From NCBI RefSeq assembly GCF_004010195.1, contig NC_057719.1, forward strand, positions 27,005,323-27,069,322: 64,000 nucleotides of DNA, read 5' to 3'. This stretch comes from Chiloscyllium plagiosum (Eukaryota). Position 1 is the first letter of the stretch. Each line of letters begins with the position of its first letter. Below are positions 37,787-50,725 of the stretch, in pieces. The position numbers and the translations under genes are program-made. A model generated the notes under the pieces. It was not told where the DNA came from. It did not search any database and saw only the letters and a program-made list of their open reading frames with translations.

Positions 37787-38472
37787 TATCTACCACCTTC
37801 AAGGACTGTAAACATGTACTCCATGGTTTCCTTTACCCATCTCAATATCCATATTTTTTTTTGCCTATTCCCTAGCTTTGTTGTATCTCATTAAATACAT
37901 TACTCACAATCCATTTGCCACTTTTCTGCCCATTCAACCAATTCCTTGATATTATTCTTGGAGTGGACAGCTATCAGTTTTACTGTTAATAACATGGTCA
38001 ATTTATGTGTCATTTGCAAATTTCCCAATCACAACTCCCACATTAAATTCCAAATCCTTGCTATATACAACAAATGGGAAGAATCCAAACACTGAGTCCT
38101 GAAGAACACCACTGCTTTTATTTGTAAAAGCATCCATTGACCATTGTCCTATGTTTCCTTGCAACTGAGCCAATACTGGATCAATGTTATCACTCTTAAT
38201 CATATAAAGGAGTACTTTGTGAAGCAGTTTAAAAAGATACTGTTCAACTGTTGCTCAATGAAGCTGGTTCATCGTATATGTTTTGTGTCAACAATATGCA
38301 AATAAGAGTTTGTGTTGGAGACATGACAGTGGCTTTGTTCTTCTTGATATTTACTCAGAGGAAGTTTCTATTTGTTCAGTTCTTGGTTTTGGACAAGCAG
38401 TCAGATAATTTAATAAAAATGGAGGAATTGATGGATTTGTGGTGAGAGCTGGACATTTGAAAGCTGACTTGA

Positions 38473-38649
38473 GTGGCATGGTGGCTTAGTGGTTAGCACT
38501 GCAGCCTCAAAGCACCAGGGACCCTGGTTTGATCCCAGCCTTGGGCAACTGTCTGTGTGGAGTTTGCAAATTCTCCCTGTGTCTGCATGGGTTTGCTCCA
38601 GTTTCCTCCCACAGTTCAAAGATGTGCAGGTTAGTTGAATTAGCCATGG
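38473..38649 (+). mobile_element. HE1 V-SINE 5' half (3' half at 42900-43005)
   Basis: Stops at gaattagccatgg where the CR1 begins. Confidence 0.85.
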
Positions 38650-38869
38650 ATTCTGGGTAATCAAAGATGGAGGACAGGAAAAATTTCTGGCTGTAAGAGC
38701 TGTTCCTTTTTTTTGGTGTTGGAAGTGATTTACTTGAATTCCAGGAGCAGCAATTACTGTTTTATATGCTGTTGCATTGTTTTGGAATTTTGGAAAAAAA
38801 AAGTCAAAACAACAGCAGTTTTAAAAGGGAGAAGAGCAGACAAAGGAAGCACATGGTGAGGACAGTGCA

Positions 38870-38878
38870 GGAGAGAGA

Positions 38879-38918
<40 letters not shown>
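38870..38918. repeat. (GA)n microsatellite in the CR1 5'UTR
   Basis: Direct reading. Confidence 0.9.
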
Positions 38919-38920
<2 letters not shown>

Positions 38921-40280
38921 ACCTGCACATTTACCACCTTTGCTGTTTGAATTCGTGTATCACTGGACATCGGAGCGCATCTGGGAAAATTAACAAATAG
39001 TGAAATTCACAACTAATCTTGGAGGAACTGTTGGGCAAAGTCACAACACAGAATCAGATAAGTTAATTGTTGTTTTAAGTCTGTCCAAGAGAAAGGCTGT
39101 ATTAGCGAGTATAGTGGGTTCTTTCTTGATTATATGTGTTTGGAGATAAGTCTCTTGATGAAACTTAAAATATAAGCCATAACTATTAATTTAACTGTGG
39201 CAGTGCTTGTAGAGGGATAAGGCAGTGTTATTTTCTGGGTCTGTCGATTGTGAAGGAGCAAAAATGGCCTTTGCACTGATATGTACTTCTTGTCAGAAGT
39301 TGGAATTTAAAGAGGGTTTAAGGGTTACTGGAATTATATCTGCCATAAACGCTGTTGGATGCGAATTATATCAGATCGAGTGGATCGGTTGGAGAGACAG
39401 ATAGAAGCGATGAGGAATTTGCAACAGCAACAGTATGTGATGGATGGCAGTTATAGGAAGGGGGGAAAGTCTCAGATACAGTCACATAGATGGGTTAACT
39501 CCAGGAAGGGTAAGAGAGGTAGGCAAATAGTGCAGGAGTCTTTTGTGGATATACCCATTTCAAACAGGTATGCTGTTTTGGAAAATGTAGGGGGTGATGG
39601 ATTCTCAGGGGAATGTAGCACGAACAGCCAAGTATCTGGTATTGAGACTGACTCTAATGCAACGAGGGGTACGTCGGGTTTCAAGAGATAAATTGTGTTA
39701 GGGGATTCTGTAGTCTGAGGTACAGACAGACATTTCTGTGGCCAGCAGAGAAAAAGCAGAATGGGGTGTTGTTTCCCTGGTGCCAGGATTGAGGATGTCT
39801 CAGAGAGGGTGCAGAATGTTCTCACGGGGGAGAGGGGCCAGCAAGAGCCATTGTCCACATTGAAACCAACGACATAGGAAGGGAAAAGGTTGAGATTCTG
39901 AAGGGAAATTACAGAGAGTTAGGCAAAAATTTAAAAAGGAGGTCCTCAAGGATAGTAATATCTGGATTACTCCCAGTGCTACGAGCTAGTGAGGGCAGGA
40001 ATAGGAGGATAGAGCAGATGAATGCATGGCTGAGGAGCTGGTGTATGGGAGAAAGATTCACATTTTTGGATCATTGGAATCTCTTTTGGGGTGGAAGTGA
40101 CTTGTACAAGAAGGACAGATTGCACCTAACTTGGAAGGGGACTAATAAACTGGCAGGGAAATTTGCTGGAACTGCTTGGGAGGATGTAAACTAGTAAGGT
40201 GAGGAGGTGGGACCCAGGGAGATAGTGAGGAAAGAGCTCGATCTGAGACGGGTACAGCTGAGAACAGAAGTGAGTCAAAC

Positions 40281-40388
40281 NNNNNNNNNNNNNNNNNNNN
40301 NNNNNNNNNNNNNNNNNNNNNNNNNNNNNNNNNNNNNNNNNNNNNNNNNNNNNNNNNNNNNNNNNNNNNNNNNNNNNNNNNNNNNNNN
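40281..40388. other. Assembly gap
   Basis: Run of N. Confidence 1.
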
Positions 40389-42899
40389 ATACAAATGCTA
40401 CAGGAAGAATAGAAAGGGAGGCAAGAGAGGAGGGGGAGTGACATTTTTGATAAAGGATAGTATTATAGCTGGGCTAAGGGAGGATATTCCCGGAAATACA
40501 TCCAGGGAAGTTATTTGGGTGGAACTGAGAAATAATAAAGGGATGATCAACTTATTGGGATTGTGTTATCGACCTCCCAACAGTCAGAGGGAAATTGAGA
40601 AACAAACTTGTAAGGAGATGTCAGCTATCTGTAAAAATAATAGGGTAGTTATGGCAGGGGATTTTAACTTTCCAAACATCAACTGGGACTGCCATAGTGT
40701 TAAAGGTTTAGATGGAGAGGAATTTCTTAAGTGTGTATAAAAGAATTTTCTGATTCAGTATGTGGATGTACCTACTAGAGAAGGTGCAAAACTTGACCTA
40801 CTCTTGGGAAATAAGGCAGGGCAGGTGACTGAGGTGTCAGTGGGGGAGCACTTTGGGGCCAGCGACCATAATTCTACTCGTTTTAAAATAGTGATGGAAA
40901 AGGATAGCCCAGATCTAAAAGTTGAAGTTCTAAATTAGAGAAAGGCCAATTTTGATGGTATTAGGCAAGAACTTTCGAAAGCTGATTGGAGGCGGATGTT
41001 CGCAGGTAAAGGGATGGCTGGAAAATGGGAAGCCTTCAGAAATGAGGTAATGAGAATCCAGAGAAAGTATATTCCTGTCAGGGTGAAAGGGAAGGCTGAT
41101 AGGTATAGGGAATGCTAGATGACTAAAGAAATTGAGGGTTTGGTTAAGAAAAAGAAGGAAGCATATGTCAGGTATAGACAGGATAGATCGAGTGAATCCT
41201 TAGAAGAGTATAAAGGAAGTAGGAGTATACTTAAGAGGGAAATCAGGAGGGCAAAACGGGGACATGAGATAGCTTTGGCAAATAGAATTAAGGAGAATCC
41301 AATGGGATTTTACAAATCCATTAAGGACAAAAGGGAAACTAGGGAGAGAATAGGGCCCCTCAAAGATCAGCAAGGCGGCCTTTTGTGTGGAGCCACAGAA
41401 AATGGGGGAGATACTAAATGAATATTTTGCATCAGTATTTACTGTGGAAAAGGATATGGAAGATATAGACTATCGGGAAATAGATGGTGACATCTTGCAA
41501 AATGTCCAGATTACAGAGGAGGAAGTGCTGGATGTCTTGAAATGGTTAAAGGTGGATTAATCCCCAGGACCTGATCAGGTGTACCCGAGAACTCTGTGGG
41601 AAGCTAGAGAAGTGATTGCTGGGCCTCTTGTTGAGATATTTCTATCATCGATAGTCACTGGTGAGGTGCCGGAAGACTGGAGGTTGGCAAATATGGTGCC
41701 ACTGTTTAAGAGGGGTGGTAAAGACAAGCCAGGGAACTATAGACTGGTGAGCCTGACCCCTGTGGTAGGCAAGTTGTTGGAGGGAATCCTGAGGGACAGG
41801 TTGTACATGTATTTGGAAAGGCAAGGACTGAAGGTAGAAGACAGAGGGTGGTGGTGGAGGGATGATTTTCTGTGTTGGGGCCTGTGACTAGTGGAGTGCC
41901 ACAAGGATCGGTGCTGGGTCCTCTACTTTTTGTCATTTACATAAATGATTTGGATGCAAGCATAAGAGGTACAGTTAGTAAGTTTGCAGATGACACCAAA
42001 ATTGGAGGTGTAGTGGACAGCGAAGAGGGTTACCTCAGATTACAACAGGATCTGGACCAGGTGGGCCGAAAAGTGGCAGATGGAGTTTAATTCAGATAAA
42101 TGCGAGGTGCTGCATTTTGGGAAAGCAAATCTTAGCAGGATTTATACACTTAATGGTAAGGTCCTAGGGAGTTTTGCTGAACAAAGAGACCTTGGAGTAT
42201 AGGATCATAGCTCCTTGAAAGTGGAGTCGCAGGTAGATAGAATAGTGAAGAAGGCGTTTGGTATGCTTTCTCTTATTGGGCAGAGTATTGAGTACAGGAG
42301 TTGGGAGGTCATGTTGTAGCTGTACACGACATTGGTTAGAGCACTGTTGGAATATTGTGTGCATATTCTGGACTCCTTCCTATCGGAAAGATGTTGTGAA
42401 ACTTGAAAGGGTTCAGAAAAGATTTACAAGGATATTGCCAGGGTTGGAAGATTTGAGCTACAGGGAGAGGCTGACCAGGCTGGGGCTGTTTTCCCTGGCG
42501 AGTTGGAGGCTGAGGGGTGACCTTATAAAGGTTTACAAAATTATGAGGGGCATGGATAGGATAAATAGACAAAATCTTTTCCCTGGTGTCGGGGAGTACA
42601 GAACTAGAGGGCATAGGTTTAGGGTGAGAGGGGAAAGATATAAAATAGACCAAAGGGGCAACGTTTTCATGTAGAGGGTGGTACGTGTATGGAGTGAGCT
42701 ACTAGTGGATGTGGTGGAGGCTGGTACAATTGCAACATTTAAGACGCATTTGGATGGGTATATGAACAGGAAGGGTTTGGAGGGATATGGGCCGGGTGCT
42801 GGCAGGTGGGACTAGATTGGGTTGGGATATCTGGTTAGCATGGACAGGTTGGACCGAAGGGTCTGTTTCCATGCTGTATATCTCTATGACTCTGTGACT

Positions 42900-43005
42900 C
42901 TAAGTGTAGTGTAATGGGGAATGGGTTTGGGTGGGATCCTCTTCGGAGGGTCGGTGTGAACTTGTAGTGCCAAAGGGCCTGTTTCCATGCTGTAGGGATT
43001 CTAAT
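42900..43005 (+). mobile_element. HE1 V-SINE 3' half
   Basis: ctcttcggagggtcggtgtgaacttg...gggcctgtttccatgctgtagggattcta. Confidence 0.85.
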
Positions 43006-43064
43006 GACTCAGTGTTTTTGGATGATGTTGCTGAGGGGAAGAACGATTCAGTTGTTCTAGTGCC

Positions 43065-43620
43065 AAGCATGACTACTAGATGTTCCAAAGCATTCAAATC
43101 AATGAAGCAGTTTTGAAATATCATGTAGAAAACACAATGAATAACTTCTGCACAGCAAGCTCCCACAAACAGCATTGAGACAATGAGCAGAAAATTTGTT
43201 TTTTGTTGTATTGATTGGGGAATAAGTATTGCCCAGAGCTTCAGGTTCAACTACCCAGCTTTCTATGAAATTGTGCCTTGGGAATTTTTACATCTGTCTG
43301 AAAGACCTTTGTGCTTAACATCTGAACTGAAATCCACAGTCAGGAGAAAGTGAGGGCTGCAGATGCTGGAGATCAGTGTTGAGAGTGTGGTGCTGGAAAA
43401 GCGCAGCAGGTCAGGCAGCATCCGAGGAGCAGGAGAATCGGCATTTCGGGCACAAGCCCTTCATCAGGAATGCTCATTCTTGATGAAGGGCTTATACACG
43501 AAACATCAATTCTCCTGCTCCTTGGATGCTGCCTGACTGGCTGAGCTTTTCCAGCACCATACTCTCGACTGAAGTCCTCAGCCTTCTGACTAGAGTGAGA
43601 GCAGTACCAACTGAGCCATA
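43065..43620 (-). mobile_element. Deu-domain SINE (SacSINE1/AmnSINE1-related) interrupted by a PLE hairpin
   Basis: Minus strand has the Deu motif tgctgtttgtgggagcttgctgtgc (~43150-43175) and tRNA head tggctcagttggtac at ~43605-43619. Confidence 0.75.
43342..43570. mobile_element. Family A PLE-derived fold-back element
   Basis: Long inverted arms centred on cttcatcaggaatg-ct-cattcttgatgaag; both hammerhead copies mutated; possible degenerate TSD actgaaatccacag / actgaagtcctcag. Confidence 0.85.
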
Positions 43621-43855
43621 ATGAGAAGTAGGAGCAGGCTAGAATAATCCTCTGGGGGATGCTAGAGTGCGCGGTGTGCAGAAGTCATTGCAGTTAACTT
43701 TCTGATGACAGGTAAGAATGTAACCAAACACTTGTTCAACACCCACTTGGTCAACAATGGAGTGGTGTTGGAGGAGGATGCTGTGCTCAACTTTATCAGT
43801 TCAAGAATGAGGAGGGATAGTTTGCCTTTAGCACTGTCACATAAGGTGTCATTAG

Positions 43856-46103
43856 TGTAGGGATTGTAATGAGGTCATCGGGGTGGACTTCAGAGAATGT
43901 GAGTTCCCTGATTGGGGATGTTAACCTGGTCCAATCAGGGAGCCCTGGCTAATAGATATAAACAAGAATGTCAGACATCCTGTTCACTCTGAGATCTGGC
44001 TTTGAGGGAGTTGTATCAGTGTCAAGAACTTTCCACATGTAAGTAAAGTGTGACTTGGTATCAGGATACCAGAGACTGTGCAGTTATTTCAGTGGCAATT
44101 AGAGAAAAGCAGGCTGCTGAAGAAATTCGCTCACAACAGTGATCTTTGATTTGGGGCAAGCGTTTCTGGCCTCATGCTGTTATTTGGAAAGTTTGACTCA
44201 TTCAATCCTGCTGTTGAAGTATATGGAATGAATACATCATTTGACCTGGGCGATGACATTGGGGCAGATGGAAAGTAACGAATAGTTCTCCTGTTGGCTT
44301 GTGGACTCACAACGTTTTCAGTTATTAGGAGCCTAACTTTCGCTGAGGTGCTAGATAATAAAACCTTTCAAGAGTTGATAAATTTAGTTGAGGAATATTA
44401 TGATCCCAAGCTGCCTCTAATCCTAAGATGCTATTGGTTTTACCCATCAATTTGAGAACCAGGAGAGTCCATATCAAGTTTTTTGACTGTTTAAGATGAC
44501 TGGCAGAAGCATGTGATTTTGGTTTAACCCTTAATGAGAAGCTGAGAGACTGTTTGGTTTTTGGGATTAATGAGGTAGCCATGCAAAAGCACCTACTAGC
44601 TGAAACCCTGGATTTCAAACAGGCACTACAACTGGCTTTATCATGGGAAAATGCGGCAAGTGGAGCATGAGTTGCAGAGTATTCCGATGGAAGCCAACAC
44701 TCTTGGCAGTCCATCTGAGCTTGTGGAACACCGTCAGAGAGAAGGTCATTACATAGCCTCACTCTGGACATATCCTGGGTCACTAGATCAGCCCACAACA
44801 AAACCCCAAAATAAAGCAAATCCTCGGCCAAACTGTTAACATTTTCTCCAGTATCTGGGCCAGCAAGCCATTGTAGTTGTTGCTGGTGTGCAGACTTCAG
44901 ACAGCAAAAGAGTTCCATGAGACGTAAATTGAGTAAGCGATTTCCACAGGCCGGTATCCAGGAAAGAGCACACCCTGGAAAGTCCATCTGTATCTAGTTT
45001 GGAACAGTTAAGTTGCTTAGTGACATCCAGATGAGAACCAATCAAAATAAACATCTGGTTAAATGATCACAGATAACGGGCCATTGTTTACCACTAGGGA
45101 GTTTGACTAGAGTCAAATGGTATTTGTAATATAAGGACAGCTCCACACCATCCATCATTCAATGGTCTGACAGAAAAAAAAGTTCAGTCTTTCAAGGCAG
45201 ACTTAAAGAAACAGCCTACAGCTTCACCAGATACCCAGCTGTCCCAGTTATAGGGATACCCCTCACGCAAATACAGAGAGAGCTCTGGCAGAATTGCTAA
45301 TGGGGAGAAGACTCTGCACCAGGTTAAATCTGTTCTTCCTAAATGTGGGGGGAAGGTGAAAAGGCTTCTGGAGTGCCAGTGCCAGACACAAGACCCCACT
45401 TATCAAGAGAGACAGTTTACTTCAGGGGACGAAGTTTGGTGTGGGAGCCACAGGAATGGCCCTGCATGAGTAAAAGGCATGCTCAACGCAAGGTCAGGTC
45501 CAGTGACGTATAAAGTTGGATAGTCCTGAACAAGCATGATCATAAGAAAGCTGCAAAGTTGCAAACAGTGCGGGAGCAAAACTTGCCCAGCTGTTCAACT
45601 GTTCCAGAACTCCTGTGTTCTCCGTCTCCGTCAAGTGTTGAAGATACCTCAGAATCTGAGGTGGCAATGGCGGATGTCATCGCCTGGCCTTTGCCACCTG
45701 AAGAAGGGAATGAATTTCTTCCATGATGCTCCAGACGCAAGAGGCGAGCTACTGAGTGTTACATACTGTCCGTATGAGAGGTAAAGTCAGAGGATCCTGA
45801 TCCTGTGGTATAATGCCCCGGGAGGAGCTACAAAAAGATGAACTGGCCTATATCCTTGGACTGAGAGGGGCAGGGATGGAACGAGGTCAGCCAAGTGGAC
45901 CTCATAGAATATGAGTTCCCTGATTGGGGCTGTTAACTTGGTCCAATCAGGGAGCACTGGCTGATGGATATAAACAGGAGTATCAGAGGTTCTGTTCACT
46001 CTGAGACTTGGCTCTGAAGGAGCAGGATTACTGTCACAGACTCTCCCCATGTAAATAAAGAATGACTCGGTGACAAGGTATCGGCCTCTGTGGAGTCGCT
46101 TCA
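43856..46103 (+). mobile_element. Internally deleted Ty3/Gypsy LTR retrotransposon inserted in an L2-like remnant
   Basis: LTRs ~43856-44091 and ~45877-46103 (TG...CA); PPT gagaggggcaggga; TSD attag/attgg; gag (MLLFGKFDSF; LRDCLVFGIN...HLLAE) and integrase C-terminus (TAPHHPSFNG; AELLMGRRL); no RT or RNase H. Confidence 0.88.
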
Positions 46104-47563
46104 ATTGGTAACTTTGATGAGTCATTTTGATACTGTGGCAGAGTTGGAAGCCTGATTGGAGGGATTCAATAATGGAATATGGATGTGGATTTGGGAGGCA
46201 ACAGCATCTTCAAAGAGAGGAAAGAAAGATTGGTAATATGTAGTAATTTAGAAGGTCAATGGAGATAGGATAGCAGCTTTGAAAGAGAGGGGGAGCAATA
46301 CCTGCAGAGAGCAAATAATTGAGAATATCAACTTTCATAGGAGACTGGAGGATAATTGCATAATTTGTGTGGTTCAGTAGTTTAGTGGACTGGAATATAT
46401 GTTAATAATAACAGGAAGACTATCATCCAGTAAGTCATTCAGAAACATCTGGCATTTGTACTCACACAGCTATCCACTGTTGCAGTTTGAGATACCTTGC
46501 ACTCCACAGAGTGTGCTGTTTTGGTTTTTGCTGATAGACTTGGCACTGAAAGGTTGGCCACTTGCTGTACTTGCTTATTAGTTGCACAATAAAAACAGCT
46601 GAAGAAATTAGTGCTGGTGTATTCAGGAATAAATCAGATTTTAACACCATTATAAGTAACCACTGTTGCCAAGTAATGTCTCTACCCCTGAAATTTAATT
46701 TTACCAGCTGCGTGTGAAGAAAATTAGAGTTTAAGTTTTCATTTATTTTTGAAACCTGCCTTTTTTTGAAATCCCTCTCTCTTAAACCCAGCTTCTTAAT
46801 TTCAATCTTAATTTACTTTCTGTACATCGGCTAAATCTTGGTTATGTTTTCTACTTTAGGAGTTTAAAGCCCTTCAGAAGAAGACTGTGAGATTGGGGAG
46901 GAGGGGCACAGAGGCATATGATATTGTGGGAAGGGGGTCACCTGCTACTCTCTGATTAAGCTCACATGGAAAGGGTTGAGGTTGTCTTTACTGCCTGGAG
47001 ACCAGTTGAAGCCCATAAATGGCCAGTCGAGGCCCTCATATCACTGTCAATGGAATTCGACTAGGACTCAATGGTGTGTCCATACAGTGAAAACTTCTGG
47101 GTCCTTTAGAAGCCATCTCTCAGCCCTTGAAAATGACCCCCACCCACCTCACTGGCATTTCTCTGATCGATGCTAGTGAGTTCTCCCACTCCTCTTGGGT
47201 CACAATCTCCAGCCACTGGCCTTCCAGTAGGCCCAACTCCATACTGGTAGTAGCTATTGCTTCCAGAAATAGTGCTGCTGGCTCCAATTGGCTGACAACC
47301 CTCAGAGGTGGGAAATCCACCCACACGGAAAATGCATTGGGAAAATGACCCCTGTGGAGCCAGGTATCCTAATAACAGCCAGCAGACTTCCTAATTGGGA
47401 TTTAATCAAAATGGGGCACCTGCAAATGGCCCAGTTGACACATGATCTCCAGCTGGTGGAGAGGCCCAACATCATGACCATTAAATTCCAACCTATGTCT
47501 CACTGGGGGAACTTCAGTCTGATTTACTGAAAAGCTTAGCTGTTTCTTGGACTGCTCACAGAT

Positions 47564-48242
47564 GTCATAGAGTCATAGAGATTTTCAGCACGGAAACAGA
47601 CCCTTCGGTCCAACCTTTCCATGCTGACCAGATATCCCAACACAATCTAGTCCCACTTGTCAGCACCCGACCCACATCCCTCCAAACCCTTCCTATTCAT
47701 ATACCCATCCAGATGCCTTTTAAATGTTGCAATTGTACCAGCCTCCACCACTTTCTCTAGCAACTCATTCCATACACATACCAGCCTCTTCGTGAAAACA
47801 TTGACGCTTAGGTCTCCTTTATATCTTTCCCCTCTCACCCTAAACCTATGATGTCTAGTTCTGGACTCCCCCACTCCAGGGAAAAGACTTTGGCTATTTA
47901 TCCTATCCATGCTCTTCATGATTTTATAAATCTCTATGAGGTCACCCCTCAGCCTCTGACGCTCCAGGGAAAACAGCCCCAGCCTATTCAACCTCTCCCT
48001 ATAGCTCAAATTCTCCAACCCAACATCCTTGTAATTCTTTCCTGAACCCTTTCAAGTTTCAACATCTTTCCAATAGGAAGGAGAGCAGAATATTCCAAAA
48101 GTGACCTAATCAATGTCCTGTACAGCCGCAACATGACCTCCCAACTCCTGTACTCAATATTCTGAGCAATAAAGGACAGCATACCAAACACCTTCTTCAC
48201 TATCCTATCTACCTGCGACTCCACTTTCGAGGAGCTATAAAC
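47564..48242 (-). mobile_element. 5'-truncated HER1/CR1 LINE
   Basis: ORFs 47647-48018 and 48006-48224; antisense tail gtcatagagtcatagag. Confidence 0.92.
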
Positions 48243-48710
48243 TATGTCAGTGATCCCTATGGAGGGTACTGCTCTGGAAAAGCCATGAATTTCGAACTAA
48301 CCTATGCTGAGCAGCCTATGAACATTCTGTGGAGAACTGTCTGTGAAGTGAATGGTGAATGCTATTTCATCATCACTGACTGCAAACTGTGGGCCAATGC
48401 AAAAACAAATAAGCAGGAATCACTCTGTTAATAAATTAATTTGATTTGTTTTAACTTAGTGACTTAGAGAGCCTATGCAACACAGTAAATTAATGAAAGA
48501 AATACTCTTACTTAAACAGTTCCTTGCACTGCATTAATACGCTCCAAATTAATGAAGCAATTCTGAGTGGTGCTTACTGTTGTACCATGGGAAACATACA
48601 GACAGTATATTCCTCCTGACTCCGTGTCATACAAAAAAATGCAAACTTTCTGAGATAAAGACAGTCATTAAGATGTTATCCAAAACAACTTTTGCAGACA
48701 ACAACCATAG

Positions 48711-49800
48711 CAACTTTCTGTATTTATGTATAGCACCTTCAGCATAGCAAAATCCTTAAAAATATTAATTTCAAATAAAGACATTTTGGCACTGAATCAC
48801 TGAAGACACCACCAGGACTGATGTCTGAAACCTTGGGCAAAGAGCTGCATGGAAAAGCAAGGCAGGAAAAGCAGAGAGGTTTAAGGAAGGAAATTCAGAT
48901 GATAGAGCCAAAGCAGCTGAAGGTACCACATGCAATAGTGGAGCAATTAAAATCAGGGATGCATAAGAAACCAGAATTAGATGTGCAGGCACATCCTCTG
49001 GAGCTGGAGCTGGTGCAAATTATAAAGATGATGGGAGGGGATACTGGGGACATAGAAGGATTTGAAAACCTGGGCGAGGCTGTTAAACTGAGCATTCATA
49101 GTTCAGGAGCCACAGTGTTGGTTAGTGAGTATAGAGTTAACAGGTATGTCTTTAAATTGGGGAATGATAGATATAGGACTGATGTCAGAGGTAGTTTCTT
49201 TACTCAGAGTAGTAGGGGCATGGAACGCCTTGCCTGCAATAGTAGTAATCTCGCCAACATTAAGGGCCTTTAAATGGTCATTGGATGAAAAAGGAATAGT
49301 GTTGGTTACATGGGCTTCAGATTGGTTTCACAGGTCGGCGCAACATCGAGGGCCGAAGGGGCTATACTGCACTGTAATGTTCCATGTTCTATGGCAAGGT
49401 GAGAGGTTAATGATTCTGTGGATGGAGACGATGTATTGTTCAAAGTTATCTCAGTGTCAAGGAGCACACTCTCTGGTTGGAAGGATTTTGCTTAACTTCT
49501 GACAGTTGCTAGGGATAGAAATGGCCAGACAATGTCATCTGGGTATGGAACAAAGGCAAAGTTTTCAGTCCACCCAATATTTAGTAAGAGGAAACTCTTG
49601 TTCATTTAATTTAGAAGCTGGGCAAGTGGTCTACCAAATGAGAAGGAACCAGTGACATGCTGGCACATTCACGCTGAGCAGATGCAAAAGGGTAACAAAC
49701 AGATGAAAAGTTGAAGGGGGTCATTGATTGATCCGTGAGTGATGCTCGAGGTAATGGAGTGGAGTGATCTGAGAAACCATTACATGACACTTCAAGGTTT
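48711..49800 (-). mobile_element. Degraded L2-like LINE 3' region with a CR1 3' fragment (+, ~49140-49392) inserted
   Basis: Antisense end tgtatttatgtatagcacctt (similar at ~1641-1670); gagaggtttaaggaaggaaattc; the insert encodes RYRTDVRGSFFTQ and ends in a CR1 tail. Confidence 0.65.
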
Positions 49801-50520
49801 GTTAATCAGCAGGTCACGATGCCAAACCAACACTTCTCTAATATACTACATTGACTTTGACCATTTTCTGAATGTTAAATCTTGACAAAACATAGGGGAT
49901 ATTCCCTATGGATGAATAATTTACAAAACATGCAGCAAGTGAGCTGCTCACAAAACTATAAAGGAATGAAGGCATTAGTGCAGGAACTGAAGTGCTATTA
50001 TTTTCTGTATTGCATGAATCCCTGGATGAATTCTAATTTCATCTTGCTTCCAAGTTTATTTTTGGCATTTTGTTATTATACTCGTTTATATTTCTGCTAC
50101 ATTTGTTTCTGGGGACGTTTTGCTGCAGATGACAGAGCAATATCCACCGGTGTAAAATCGAATCATGTGGTGTCATTCAGATCATTGAATCAGTTAGGAT
50201 GTCATTTTACTGTGGCATGGGTTAGAGAGAGAGGACCTGCTGAAAGTGTAATGGGATCTGCAAGAAAGCCTGCAACACAATCTGCTAAAACTATTCAAAG
50301 CCAATGATAGAATGTTATTGGATGGAGGTGTAAGGTTCTGAAAAGCTTAATGCTGCAGAGATGAATTAAGGAAACCCCCATTCCCTCTCCCAACAATATG
50401 GTGATGTCACAGGGCTTTGGATAGAGAACGACTTTGGACCCCAAGACACTAAGACCTAACATCAGGGTCTCCCTCATAGTCCAAGTAACAATGTCGATTA
50501 TAGCAATGTAACTTACACTT

Positions 50521-50725
50521 GATGATTTGGAGATGCTGGTGTTGGATTGGGGTGCACAAAGTTAAAAATCACGCCACACCAGGTTATAGTCCAACAGATT
50601 TAATTGGAAGCACTAGCTTTCGGAACGCTGTTCCTTCATACAACCACCTGATGAAGGAGCAGTGCTCTGAACGCTAGTGCTTTCAATTAAACCTGTTAGA
50701 ATGTAACCTAGTGTTGTGTGATTTT
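50521..50725. mobile_element. Family B PLE-derived fold-back element
   Basis: Inverted arms around ttccttcata / cctgatgaagg; 12-bp TSD taacttacactt at 50509-50520 / 50726-50737; + strand hammerhead 50645-50679 has GAAC in place of GAAA. Confidence 0.88.

Larger units (their letters stand above)
38650..42899 (+). mobile_element. Near full-length HER1/CR1 LINE (5'UTR, ORF1 Zn-finger/esterase, ORF2 APE-RT), inactivated
   Basis: 5'UTR with (GA)n; ORF1 from ATG 39264 (CTSC...coiled coil, IVLGDS esterase, DRLHL); ORF2 pieces ([32 protein letters not shown]); stops, frameshifts and an RT deletion at ~41831; TCTATGAC-type tail. Confidence 0.93.

Noticed and set aside
44325..44987. 220-aa minus-strand ORF
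   Set aside because: Antisense to the Gypsy gag; no recognisable protein.
46850..47500. Possible old non-autonomous DNA-transposon remnant (similar texture at ~32850-33350 and ~15340-15540)
   Set aside because: I could not define terminal inverted repeats or a TSD by eye.
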